A DNA stretch of 64,000 nt, from the NCBI GenBank assembly GCA_951406725.2, contig OX597814.1, forward strand, positions 28,892,001 through 28,956,000. The letters run 5' to 3'. A program made the position numbers and the translations under genes. This DNA is from Octopus vulgaris. Taxonomy: Eukaryota. Positions 28,031 to 40,404 of the stretch are shown here, in pieces (position 1 is the stretch's first letter; the number at the start of each line of letters is the position of its first letter). The notes beneath the pieces are model-generated. The model saw only the letters and a program-made list of their open reading frames with translations, ran no database searches and was not told where the DNA came from.

Positions 28031-29348
28031 ATAAGAAAACAAGCGCTAAAATTATTAATGTAGATTCTTAATTAGACAGGGAATTGACTGAGTCGTTAGA
28101 ATGTTTGATAAAATGACTCGAGGAATTGGTTCCGACTCACTATGATCTGAGTTCAAATCCCGTCAAGATTATTTCTGTTTTTCATCCTTTTGGACAATGA
28201 AAAAATATCAAACGAGGACTGTGGATTGGCGAGACTATTAAAGGATCAGGCGAGATGCCTTACTGTAACCGTTTCTGTTCCCGCTACAACGCCTGTGATG
28301 ACACTGGTACTAAGCTGTACCAGTCCAAGTTGGCAGCCTATTCACATCAGTGGCATGGAACCGCGAGATTTGCATCCGTAAACAACTTCCAATCTGCTTC
28401 TTACAAAAAATTTATATATGCATATGCATGAATAGAATCATGGTCAGTACTGATCGACGGAGATCCAAATGGAGAGTAAGAAATTTTAACTAATTAAAAT
28501 TAAATTTTAAATTATATTCACGGTAAGGAGAACGCATAATTAGGACAAGCTGATTAGTTCTGATTAAGAAAAGTAGATGCGATAACACTGGAGTTAGATA
28601 AATATCGAATACAGTGGGGAAGGAGTCTTATCTTTGGTAATTTGGTAGATAAAATGACAACCCCCGAGGCATATTTCAGTTTTATTGGATCTCACTAGCG
28701 ATGCATAGTCGAATGACGGAAGAAAATATAAATATGTCAATGAACGCTGAATGGCTTATAAAAAAAAAAAAATTAAACTCACTGGCTACTGCATTGTATT
28801 TTTCATTACCGTATTTTTTTTTTTAATATATCAAAATCTTGGCCTGCGTGTAATACGGTTGTATGACGGATGGGGGACCGAATGTTGTAAGCTAGGGACC
28901 TGCATGAGTCCTTTAAGTACGGTAATTGTTACTAAAAATACCTACACCTAATATGTGTCATATGCAATTTAATGAATCGTGTCTAAATGAAAAATTCTCT
29001 TAGAGAGATGAAAAGAATATTAACAAACTTTCATCCACTCGTCAGCCATTTGCAATGAGTAGATGACAACAAAGCCATAGCAGTGATGTTCCATTCTGGT
29101 GGCTGATTGCGGTTACATAAACATAGGATCCAGAAATATGAGTTGACGAGTTTTACATAATGTATAGTAATTCACTTGGCCAAAATATAAACAATTATTC
29201 AGATAAACTGAAAGATAAAGGTGAGATACGGTACTGCCATAAAATAATTTATTTATGAAAAATTCCTTGTGTCATACTTTATTCCAGCATATTGTCATAA
29301 TATTGAATTTACTTCCACACAATCATACATTCCCACGCCAACAAAATC

Positions 29349-29618
29349 ATTTAAAAATACGTTTCAGTAAGTGTATGATGCAACATACTAAATTTGTTTT
29401 TTCCACAAACTATCCTTATAAAATAGGGGTGTGATTTATTTAAAAATACCTTTCAGTAAGTGTATGATGCAACATACTAAATTTGTTTTTTCCACAAACT
29501 ATCCTTATAAAATAGGGGTGTGATTTATTTAAAAATACCTTTCAGTAAGTGTATGATGCAACATACTAAATTTGTTTTTTCCACAAACTATCCTTATAAA
29601 ATAGGGGTGTGATTTATT
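29349..29618. repeat. 89-bp tandem repeat x3, near the end of a pogo/Tc1-mariner-like remnant
   Basis: ATTTAAAAATAC recurs at 29349, 29438 and 29527; units are almost identical; followed by GGGTGCATCTTATACACCAGCAAATACAATA. Confidence 0.9.
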
Positions 29619-29874
29619 CTAGGGTGCATCTTATACACCAGCAAATACAATACTTTAAATTCCGCACCTGCTTTTTTTCACTAGATTTATTTATTGGTCT
29701 ATTTTTTCTTCTGTACAGGTGTATGAGTTAATTAATTATGATTCATTAACTCATCACATTAAGTATCTTAATCTTAGCACCCACTTTTCTAGTTGTTGTT
29801 CATGTAGCAGGCGCTCCTGACTATCACTCCTTCTCAAATCGCCATTTTAAATGAAAACTTAATCCCGTTTAATA

Positions 29875-30200
29875 ATGTCTTCTGAATGAATTTGGTAGAC
29901 GAGAATTGTATTGAAGCCTGTCGTATGAGTGTGTGTGTGTGTCTGTGTGTGTGCGCGCGCATGTAAATATATGTATATGTTTGTGCATGTCTTTGTGTGT
30001 GTCTTTGTGTCTGTGTTTGTCCCATTCCTCACCGCTTGGCAACCGTTGTGGTTTAGCTCCCCCGTGACATAGCGGTTCGACCAAAGAAACCGATAGAATA
30101 AGATCCAGATTTAAAATGTTAGTATAGGAGTTGATTTTTTTGACAAAAATCCTTCGAGGCAGAACCCCACCATGGCCGCAGTCCAATGGTTGAAACATGT
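29875..30200 (+). mobile_element. Diverged partial long-family SINE
   Basis: GAATTTGGTAGACG…AGCGGTTCGACCAAAGAAACCGATAGAATAAG…CATGGCCGCAGTC. Confidence 0.75.
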
Positions 30201-30271
30201 ATAAAACATTTACAATTGTTTGTTTGTTTCCCACCTGCCTTCGTCTTTTGTCTATTTTCATAAAGCTTCCC

Positions 30272-30327
<56 letters not shown>

Positions 30328-30702
30328 TTTATTAAACTTTTAATACTTTTGATATTAAATAAAAAAATTAATTAATTAATTAATGAATTAATAAATAAAA
30401 TAAATAAATAAAATAAATAAATAAATAAATTAATTAATTAATTAATTAATTAATAAAATAATATATAAATATAAAAATATACATGCCCCAGCATGGCCAC
30501 AGCTTGTGAGCTGAAACTAGATGAAATAAAAAAAAAAATACATACATATAGATATATATTTGTATATATATATTAAATTTATAAGTTTAAATTATTTAAA
30601 TAATTTTTTATTTTTAACTTTTATATTTTAAAATTAATTTTATGTATGGGCTTATGTTTTTCACTGTTTGATTTGCCTAATAGTGGTTTTATCTCTAATT
30701 TA

Positions 30703-30738
<36 letters not shown>

Positions 30739-30840
30739 GGAGTAAACACATAAATGTGAAACAAGGTGGAAAAAAGAGTACTCAAATACCAGTGGTAGAG
30801 TAATATGCTTTATTTTAAGCAGCAGAAAATTCAACAAAAT

Positions 30841-30878
30841 CTGTTACTCTGAGTTTCTCGTTGCCGTTCATCAGACAG
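30841..30878 (-). ncRNA. Putative minimal type-I hammerhead ribozyme in a Penelope-like terminal repeat fragment (~30737-30890)
   Basis: Minus strand CTGT-CTGATGA-ACGGCAACGA-GAAA-CTC-A-GAG-TA-ACAG: stem I CTGT/ACAG, stem II CG/CG around GCAA with an A-A closing mismatch, 3-bp stem III, GUA site. Confidence 0.7.
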
Positions 30879-32272
30879 TTTTTGCTAGAATGGAACATAT
30901 ATATTAATTCAATCTATACTCTTACAAACGCTACACCTTTAAAAAGAAATGGACTTGTTTGATTGGCCCTTTAGAAAAAACGGTCAATCTTCGAGCGATA
31001 AACAAAAAGGTCAAAAATATATGTATATATATATAAAAACTTATAAAAATTATAAAATCCGAGGAAAATACCGAGGAAAAAGCCTGTTGCCGTTAATGAA
31101 GACAGTACAAATTAATGCATAGAAATTAAACCTGTTATAAATACTGCAATACATATTTATATTAAAATCCACATATATATATCAACATACACAAAAGGAT
31201 GCGCGTAAACGCCATACATACATATACAGACGTATGAATATGAATCTAAATTATACACATAAAAGCATGTGTACATATATTCACGCAAACCGTCTCGCAC
31301 GCAAGCTAAAATTCATCTATGTAGCAATTCTCATATACTGAGCAAGGAGGGGGAACGAAAGAAAGGGAAAGAGAGAAAAAGGAACGGAGGAGGGGTGGGG
31401 AAAAACACTTGTAGCAATGTTATTTGGCATCTATAGAGGCTTGTATACATACACAAGTTTGAATTGATACATATACATACCGTCGTGTATATGTGTGCTT
31501 AAGCACAAGCATACTTTCACTCACACATACACAGATACGCATGCTTACAAATACATATGCTTTGCTATACACAAACTTATATAAACATTCTAAATTTGAC
31601 AACATTGCTTTTTTTATAAAAAAACATTGCTTTAAAAAAAAAAAAAAAAAAAAAAAAATGGGTGCATTAATAAAAATATATACGAAAGACCTAACTTGTG
31701 TATGTATACAGGCCTCTATAGATGCCAAATAACATTGCTACAAGTGTTTTTCCCCACCCCTCCTCCGTTCCTTTTTCTCTCTTCCCTTTCTTTCGTTCCC
31801 CCTCCTTGCTCAGTATATGAGAATTGCTACATAGATGAATTTTAGCTTGCGTGCGAGACGGTTTGCGTGAATATATGTACACATGCTTTTATGTGTATAA
31901 TTTAGATTCATATTCATACGTCTGTATATGTATGTATGGCGTTTACGCGCATCCTTTTGTGTATGTTGATATATATATGTGGATTTTAATATAAATATGT
32001 ATTGCAGTATTTATAACAGGTTTAATTTCTATGCATTAATTTGTACTGTCTTCATTAACGGCAACAGGCTTTTTCCTCGGTATTTTCCTCGGATTTTATA
32101 ATTTTTATAAGTTTTTATATATATATACATATATTTTTGACCTTTTTGTTTATCGCTCGAAGATTGACCGTTTTTTCTAAAGGGCCAATCAAACAAGTCC
32201 ATTTCTTTTTAAAGGTGTAGCGTTTGTAAGAGTATAGATTGAATTAATATATATGTTCCATTCTAGCAAAAA

Positions 32273-32310
32273 CAGTCTGATGAACGGCAACGAGAAACTC
32301 AGAGTAACAG
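32273..32310 (+). ncRNA. Second copy of the minimal hammerhead motif (inverted arm), with a stem-I mismatch
   Basis: CAGT-CTGATGA-ACGGCAACGA-GAAA-CTCAGAG-TA-ACAG. Confidence 0.55.
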
Positions 32311-32342
32311 ATTTTGTTGAATTTTCTGCTGCTTAAAATAAA

Positions 32343-32378
<36 letters not shown>

Positions 32379-32547
32379 TTAATACTCGAACATTACTGCT
32401 GTATGATGGTAGGAATTAATGCTGATATTTATTTTGTTCTTAATTATTTTTCAGATTACAAACGACCTAAAGATATATTAGAAGTGTTTTTACGGGAAAA
32501 AGACATGGCTATCATTGTTTCCCAGCTCCACGTCAGTCCTGATATAT

Positions 32548-32772
32548 ATTTCTTTACTACCCACAAGGGGCTAAACATAGAAGGGACAAACAAGGACAGA
32601 CAAAGGGATTAAGTCGATTACATCGACTCCAGTGCGTAACTGGTACTTTATTTATCGACCCCGAAAGGATGAAAGGCAAAGTTGACCTCGGCGGAATTTG
32701 AACTCGGAACGTAACGACAGACGAGATACGGCTGCGCATTTCGCCCGGCGTGCTAACGTTTCTGCCAGCTCG
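32548..32772 (-). mobile_element. Nin-like SINE, full length
   Basis: Family tail, core and head; flanked by direct repeat GTCAGTCCTGATATA on both sides (TSD). Confidence 0.88.
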
Positions 32773-33469
32773 ACACCCTGTCAGTCCTGATATAATACAC
32801 AGATCGATAATGAAATGCTATTCCAGCCACCAGTATACTTTCTAGTCTCCTGGGATAACCCGGTCGAGGACCATTATCCATTATCTATTATCCAGTATGA
32901 TCTTTTACGAGGCGGTAAGTTGTAGTTCGAGAAAAATCTGGCTGCTATTTCTCGCAAATCGAGCGGCAAGTTAAGCCATTTTTTTCAACACCCGACATCC
33001 ACTTAAATCAACCTTTGGCTTCCATTAACTTAGATCATTTAATTTTAGACAAACCCAGAATTCTCGGATCAAATTTGTTTCTAAAACTTAGAAGGTATGA
33101 ACTTGCACTTTATCACCTAATTTTCTTACACACCACCCTCTGCCCAGCTTTACTCGTATGATTCAATGAAAAGTCGGTGTTCTGGGCGCTAATTAGTAAA
33201 AGCGAAGAGAATCGGCTTTTCGTGAAAGCTGAAACCAACGACTTTCTCCCTCTTTTGTTTCCTGCTTGCAAATGAAGAAATCGATTCCAATGATTAGTCT
33301 TTGCTGACCGAATTTCACATCAATGACGTCACTGATTCTTTAATATGATGAGTTTGGTAGTCGACTAGCTGCTACATGATTACTACATGTTCCTTTTGAT
33401 TTCGTCGGGTGCATTCATGTATTTCTGCGTATCTTCACAAGTGTAGTAATCTGTGTAATGTGAGTGTAC

Positions 33470-33502
<33 letters not shown>

Positions 33503-33762
33503 TGTGCTTGTGTGTGTATGCTTGTGTGTGTATGCTTGTGTGTGTGTGTAACTGTATGCGAGTATATGTACACATTTGCAAGTGTATGCGTATAAGTGTG
33601 TGTGTTTATGTGTACCGAAGTATCTAATCATTCGTCATACAACTCTACACCATTCACCAACGCTTTATTTCCATTTCTACAAACATATCGATATTTCGAA
33701 TATCATCATCCTCATCATCTCCGTCGTCATCTTTATCATTATCATCATTATCGTAGTCGTCG

Positions 33763-33851
<89 letters not shown>

Positions 33852-33853
<2 letters not shown>

Positions 33854-34060
33854 GGCGATGAGCTGGCAGAATCGCTAGCACGCCGGACAAAATGCTTAAG
33901 TGGTATTTTGTCCGTTCTGAGTTCAAATACCGCCGAGGTCGACTTTGCCTTTCATCCTTTCGGAGTCGATTAAATAAGTACCAGTTATGCACTGGGGTCG
34001 ATATAATCGACTTAATCCCTTTCCCCAGATATAAGGCCTTGTGCTTCCAGTAGAAAGGAT
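33852..34060 (+). mobile_element. Nin-like SINE (left copy of duplication)
   Basis: Family head/core; almost identical to 34563-34774. Confidence 0.9.
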
Positions 34061-34071
34061 TATTATTATTA

Positions 34072-34131
<60 letters not shown>

Positions 34132-34132
<1 letters not shown>

Positions 34133-34506
34133 GTAGTTTTATTTTTATAGCGTGCTTTTACTTCACTACCGAGCGCAGCTCTGTGCGCCTTGGGTGTGTG
34201 CTGTGATTTGTTGTGATGCTCTGATGGATATTATATGGAAAGTGTTCTGCGTAGGATGTGTGCAGTGCCTAGTAGTGCAATTTTCTGTATGTTATATGTG
34301 TTTGTAAGTCCTGGTGTTTTTGTTATGTATTTGTCTGAATATTTTTTTATCATGCCTAATGCACCTACTATGATAGGAATTGTTTCTGTTTTTAGATTCC
34401 ACATTCTGGTTACCTCTATTTCCAGGCCTTTGTATTTTGAGAGTTTCTCCATTTCTTTTAGAGACACATTGTCATCTGCCGGTATTGATACATCAATTAG
34501 AAAGCA

Positions 34507-34510
<4 letters not shown>
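34132..34510 (-). mobile_element. 5'-truncated R4/Dong-like retrotransposon (restriction-like endonuclease C-terminus plus 3' UTR) inserted in (TAA)n
   Basis: KCFLIDVSIPADDNVSLKEMEKLSKYKGLEIEVTRMWNLKTETIPIIVGALG…IQKIALLGTAHILRRTLSI is typical of the R4/Dong RLE domain. Both flanks are (TTA)n, the known Dong target. Confidence 0.88.
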
Positions 34511-34562
<52 letters not shown>

Positions 34563-34564
<2 letters not shown>

Positions 34565-34772
34565 GGCGATGAGCTGGCAGAATCGCTAGCACGCCGGACA
34601 AAATAAATGCTTAGTGGTATTTTGTCCGTTCTGAGTTCAAATACCGCCGAGGTCGACTTTGCCTTTCATCCTTTCGGAGTCGATTAAATAAGTACCAGTT
34701 ATGCACTGGGGTCGATATAATCGACTTAATCCCTTTCCCCAGATATAAGGCCTTGCGCTTCCAGTAGAAAGG

Positions 34773-34774
<2 letters not shown>
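34563..34774 (+). mobile_element. Nin-like SINE (right copy of duplication)
   Basis: Shares private variants with 33852-34060. Confidence 0.9.
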
Positions 34775-34823
<49 letters not shown>

Positions 34824-35372
34824 TGTTGTTTTTGTTGTTGTTGTTGTTGTTCCTGCCGTTGCCGCTGCGATTTAGACTTATGCCAGCCTAATCGAGATTA
34901 AATATATTACAGCAGAGGACATTCCTTTCATTTAGTGATAGATCATCCATCATGCATTATACAGTATTTCTGTTTTTTCTCAAAGACTATTAAAGTGTGA
35001 TTTTAAAGACATTCGGTCACTATTCTTAATATCCCCAGTGATTACCTTGACGCTATCTCATGTGTTTTTTACCTAAGTAGGACCATGCTATCTCTCTCTC
35101 TCTTTCTTTCTTTTTTTTTTCTCTCTCTCTCTCTCTTCATATATATAAACGCAAATATATATTTGTATGTGTATATACTTGTGTGTGTGTGTGTGTTTAC
35201 GCCTCAGTAACTTAACGGTTAGACAAAAATATTCGATAGAATAAGTACAAGCTTTAAAAACTAAGTACAGTGGTCGATTCATTCGGCTACAAAATTCAAG
35301 TTGGTGCTCCAGCGTGGTCGTAGTCTAATGACTGAAACAAGTAAAAGAAAAGATAAAAGATGTATACATATA

Positions 35373-35782
35373 TAGGCGCAGGAGTGGCTGTGTGGTAAGT
35401 AGCTTGTTTACCAACCACATGGTTCTGGGTTCAGTCCCACTGCGTGGCACCTTGGGCAAGTGTCTTCTACTATAGCCTCGGGCCGACCAAAGCCTTGTCA
35501 GTGGATTTGGTAGACGGAAACTGAAAGAAGCCCGTCGTATATATGTATATATATATATGCGTGTGTGTGTTTGTGTGTCTGTATTTGTCCTCCTAGCATT
35601 GCTTGACAACCGATGCTGGTGTGTTTATGTCCCCGTTACTTAGCGGTTCGGCAAAAGAGACCTATAAAATAAGTACTGGGCTTACAAAAGAATAAGTCCC
35701 GGGGTCGAGTTGCTCGATTAAAGGCGGTGCTCCAGCATGGCCGCAGTCAACTGACTGAAACAAGTAAAAGAGTAAGAGAGAG
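35373..35782 (+). mobile_element. Long-family tRNA-derived SINE, full length; older 3' fragments at ~35180-35360 (+) and ~35895-36012 (-)
   Basis: Near-identical to 25280-25685. Confidence 0.9.
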
Positions 35783-36223
35783 TATATATATATATATACC
35801 TTTTCTTGATAAATGTTATGAAATCTATTTACTGCCTTGGTTTTTTTTTGTATCTCATTCTATCAATTTATATATATATATTATTTATTTTTTATTCGTT
35901 TATTTGTTTCAGTCATTTGACTGCAGCCATGCTGGAGCACCAACTTAAAGGATTTTAGTCGAACAAATCGACCCCAGGATTTATTCTTTGTAAGCCTAGT
36001 ACTTATTCTATCAGCCAGTGCTAAGACTCTGACTAACTGCGTTACCATTAATTTTGTCCGTGGGTAGCTTGTTGTCGGCTTTACCATAATTTGTCAACAG
36101 ACAGAAACTACTCGCGGACAAAATAATCCGTTTTTAGATGCTATAAAGTTAAATGTAACAACCACGTCTATATAAACATAAACGAACTAACATTTGTTTT
36201 TTTATAAGCGCCGAAATGTGTAG

Positions 36224-36491
36224 TGTAAGATAAATTATCATTTATTTTCGAACGCAGAGACGCCGTTAGAACATCAGAAATATTGGCTAAATTACCTTTA
36301 CAAAGCAGATTAATTTGCCGCCGGGCAGTTTAGCTTAATGGTGAAGCACTTGACCAAAGTCTTCAAGAGGTTTGTGTTCGAGTCCCATGGTTGTTTGTTG
36401 ACAAATTTTTCTGCTTTGTTTGGGTAATTTACCCAATGTTTCTTCTGTTCTAACGACGTTTCTGAGTTCGAAAATAAATTTGTATCTTACA
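36224..36491 (+). mobile_element. Imperfect inverted-repeat element enclosing a tRNA-like sequence (~36323-36396)
   Basis: Arms ~36224-36318 and ~36400-36491 are reverse-complementary at roughly 80%. The loop has TAGCTTAATGG (A-box-like), a CTTGA/TCAAG stem and GTTCGAGTCC (B-box-like). Confidence 0.7.
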
Positions 36492-36497
36492 ATATAT

Positions 36498-36566
<69 letters not shown>

Positions 36567-36567
<1 letters not shown>

Positions 36568-36950
36568 TAGCAGTATCGCTCGGCGTTGCTCGGGTTTGTT
36601 TCGACCCTTTAGAATTGGAATTTTTGAAAAGTAAAACTTTTGCATTATGTAGCTTGTTATTCTCTTTAAGTGAACATGTTTCTGGTTGAGATGCACCGAA
36701 AAATGGTGACACAGCAGTCAAAAAATCGTAAAAAATAGGGATTTTCAGAGAAAAAAAAGCACCTTTTTGATGTAAATAATTCTTGGTCTTAACATGATCC
36801 GATTTGATTTTTTTCTTCTACGGAAGGAAGAGCAAGCCTTCTACTTTTATACTCTCAATTTTGATCAACTTGCACCGCAGGGTCTCAGAGGAGATAGTGT
36901 TAGTTGAAGGCTACCAAGCCTGCCACACACAGACAACTTCAGCTTTATAT
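36567..36950 (-). mobile_element. Non-autonomous Helitron-like element
   Basis: Plus strand A|CTAGCAGTATCGCTCGGCGTTGCTCGGG (CTAG end and hairpin); homologous to 59656-60033. Confidence 0.78.
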
Positions 36951-38001
36951 ATATATATATATATATATATAAGTGCAGCAGTATCGTTTACGTTTCTTTG
37001 ATTCGAGTATCAGCAATTTTTTCAAGGTTGTTTCGTTCAAGTTACATTAAATATAGATTTATGTCAATACTAATTCATTTTAAAGAATTTTAATAGTAGC
37101 TGAGTCAGTTTCTATTTAATCCTAAAAGCTGTGTCTATGTTTGAAGTAAAGCAAATTCAACAGTTTAAGTTTCTATTATAATCTGGTATATCTGACTTGA
37201 AATCATTAAAATTTTATTTAACAGTAACGGAATAACTTCACGAATAAGGCAAAAATAGTCTTGACTTTTGAAGAGCTTAAATAACAGGTTATAGCGTAGC
37301 ACTTGTGCAGTTTTATAAATAATGCATAAAACATCGTATATGTGCAATCATTTTGGTATATAACTCTGCAAGCCAACATAAAATTTTATTAGAAACCAAT
37401 AAACAAACGTCATTGCCGTCACCACTACTGCTGCTACCACCAACATGATGGCTTACAACAAACCAACATCGCCAACATCAGCATCATTTCGTATTATTGT
37501 CACCAACGCTACCGCAGCAGCCACTGCCTTCACAGTCACCACTTCGACGACACCAAGCGAAAGTCAACAACGCCACCAACACTTGCAAGCAAGCAAGACT
37601 ACCAACAGCAAAGAACTTCCACCACCGTCACCTTCACCACAACCACAACCAATAACCGATGTTACTGCTTCGACAAGAAATAAACAAATAAACAAACGTC
37701 ACTACCACCACCACCACCATCACCACCACCACCACCACCACTACTACTACCACCACTACCACCACCACCACCACCACCACCACCACCACTACCACCACCA
37801 CCACCACCATGACTACCAAAACCTAACTAAATCACTGCCACCACTAACGCCACCATTTACAATAATCTTTCATTTTTATTTCTTCCAAGTCTCTCCTTCT
37901 CTCTCTTTATCGCCCCCCTTTCTTTCTCTCTCTTTCTCACTCTGTCTCCCCTTTCAGATGCCTCTTCTCTTTATATCACTTTTTCCTTCAATTTCTCCGA
38001 T

Positions 38002-38069
<68 letters not shown>

Positions 38070-38174
38070 ACTCAGACCATCTTTCTCTTGCTTACTCACA
38101 CTCTCTCCCCTTTTCTCTGTTTCTTCATCACTATCGATGCCAACGTTGCCACCGTCGCCACCAACAACCGTATT

Positions 38175-38320
38175 AATATTGGTTTTAGATTTTGGCACAA
38201 AGCGGGAAATTTCTTGAAAGGGGATTAAGTGGATTACATCGACCCCAGTGCTTAACTGGTACTTATTTTATCAACCCCCGAGAGGATGAAAGGCAAAGTC
38301 GACCTCTTTGCAATTTGAAC
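38175..38320 (-). mobile_element. Partial diverged Nin-like SINE
   Basis: Family core and …TGTGCCAAAATCTAAAACCAATA tail. Confidence 0.75.
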
Positions 38321-38749
38321 AACCGAATATTATGACATACTGTATATTAATTACTGTTATTAGTTTCTGCATTTGGACTGTAACCATACTTTGGCAAAAC
38401 ATTCAGAGAATTTTAATCAGTTACTTTGATTAAACTCTTAATATGGTACTTATTTTATCGATAATTATTTATTGAATCGCTAAGTCTATTTTTTTTTGCA
38501 AAAAAAGAAACTTATTTCACTGGGTATTCTTGTTCAATCCATTGATATATGTACGAAAACAGATGCACATATAGGATGATGGGTTGGCACTATCATCTAA
38601 TATGTTTACATTATAAATGAGTTATATATAAATTCTTGGAATTTTTCAGAATTCTCTGACTCGAGAATATATATATATGTGACCGCGTGTATATCGTTGG
38701 CGATTTTCTTTCTCCGTCTTCCCTTCCTTGGACCTTTCCCTTTTCTATG

Positions 38750-38782
38750 TTTCTGACGAAGAGCTACGCTCGAAACGTTAAA
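38750..38782 (+). ncRNA. Putative minimal (dimer-type) hammerhead ribozyme in a Penelope-like repeat (~38680-39350)
   Basis: TTT-CTGACGA-A-GAGC-TAC-GCTC-GAAA-CG-TT-AAA: 3-bp stem I, 4-bp stem II, palindromic ACGT stem III, GUU site. Confidence 0.7.
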
Positions 38783-39479
38783 TCCTCCTTCTTTCTTTCC
38801 TTTCTGAGCATCTAATAACACTATACTTGTTCCACGTCCACGCATTGTTGTATTTTCTCTTTGTTCATGTTTGGAGTAACTCCGCGAAGAGAGCTCTGCT
38901 ACTGTCTTTCTGACCTGGCTTCCTTAAAGTGTAGACGGCATTTTCTGTCGCTCCTTCGCCGTTCTCAAAAATAGCGTTCGTAATACTTTATCTCGTTCGG
39001 CTTAACAGCCCTTCTTGTCTTGTTATTCTCCTTGTACTGTCGTTACTGTCCTGTTTTTGTAACCATTTTTACCCCTCCGCAAAAAGATCTCAAATTTTAT
39101 TTAATTTGCATTTCGCGGGAAGGAAAGTTTCAATCGAAGATGCGTATCGCCTTCACCTTCGAAACGCAGGGTAGATGAAACCATGGCGACTGAAGAAGGG
39201 GAATTTTCCTTGTGTTATTTGTCCTGTACTCTATTTTTTTCGTTGTTTAAGAAAAATGTCCAGTTCCTTGGTTTTGTGTTTATGTTTTCGTTTCTCTTTG
39301 TGTTCGACATTTTTTTTGGTGTCCTGCACCCATATATGCATGTATATATACATGTAGAGGTAGGTACGTACATATATGTATGTATATATGCATATGTTTT
39401 ATTTATTAATTTATTATTATATATATATATGTATGTATATATGTGTGTGTGTGTCTGTATGTATGTATGTATTTATGTA

Positions 39480-39655
39480 TGTATTTGTCCTTCCACTATC
39501 GCTTGACAACCGATGTAGTGTGTTTACGTGCTCGGTTCGGCAAAAAGGTCCGATAGAATAAGTACTAGGCTTCACAAAAATGAGTCCTTGAGTCAATTTT
39601 TTACTAAAGGCGGTGCTCCAGCATGGCCGCAGTTAAATGACAGAAACAAATGAAA
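39480..39655 (+). mobile_element. 3' part of long-family SINE
   Basis: GCTTGACAACCGATG…GGTGCTCCAGCATGGCCGCAG…. Confidence 0.8.
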
Positions 39656-39691
39656 AAATACACACACAAATACACATACATACACACAAAC

Positions 39692-39729
<38 letters not shown>

Positions 39730-39766
39730 CATATGTATATATATGTGTATATATACATGTAAATGT

Positions 39767-39807
<41 letters not shown>

Positions 39808-39824
39808 CATATATATATATATAC

Positions 39825-39865
<41 letters not shown>

Positions 39866-39988
39866 CATATATATATATATATACGTGTACATATATATTA
39901 TATATATATATATACATACATATATATATATATACGTGTACATATATATTTTATATATATATATATATATACACATATTATCTATCTA

Positions 39989-40027
<39 letters not shown>

Positions 40028-40188
40028 GCACACACACACAGATTTTATAGGGACGAATTATGGAAAACAAAGTAGCAATTATACAAAAGGCATACATTGT
40101 TTTTATCTTACAACTCAAGCATATGCGCTACCCGTTACAGGATGACATCCCAACACACTCAATTTCCAACACAGGCACCACCCTCGCA

Positions 40189-40271
<83 letters not shown>

Positions 40272-40404
40272 CAGCACAATTCCACATCCGATCCTACATC
40301 GCGACATCACCAAGTATGAGGTCATTAACACATAAAATGAAGTCATTCTTGCAAAATAATCAGAGCAAACAAAATAAAGAAAAAGGAACCAAAATAAATT
40401 CACG

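Larger units (their letters stand above)
30808..32343. repeat. Large near-perfect inverted repeat: arms 30808-31459 and 31693-32343, 233-bp unique spacer
   Basis: The arms read as reverse complements over ~650 bp with only a few differences seen (e.g. GGCTTGTA vs TACAGGCC; AGACAGTT vs AACAGTCT). Confidence 0.95.

Noticed and set aside
29020-29046. CTGACGA-GTGGAT-GAAA on the minus strand
   Set aside because: No stem III or stem I complementarity.
29349-29618. Possible CRISPR-like array
   Set aside because: Units are contiguous and identical with no unique spacers; eukaryotic context, no cas genes.
36323-36396. Functional tRNA gene
   Set aside because: Nine-nt anticodon loop, mostly G-U acceptor stem and imperfect T stem; treated as tRNA-like only.
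37445-38176. 243-aa ORF with poly-His
   Set aside because: Composed of (ACC)n and (CT)n low-complexity sequence.
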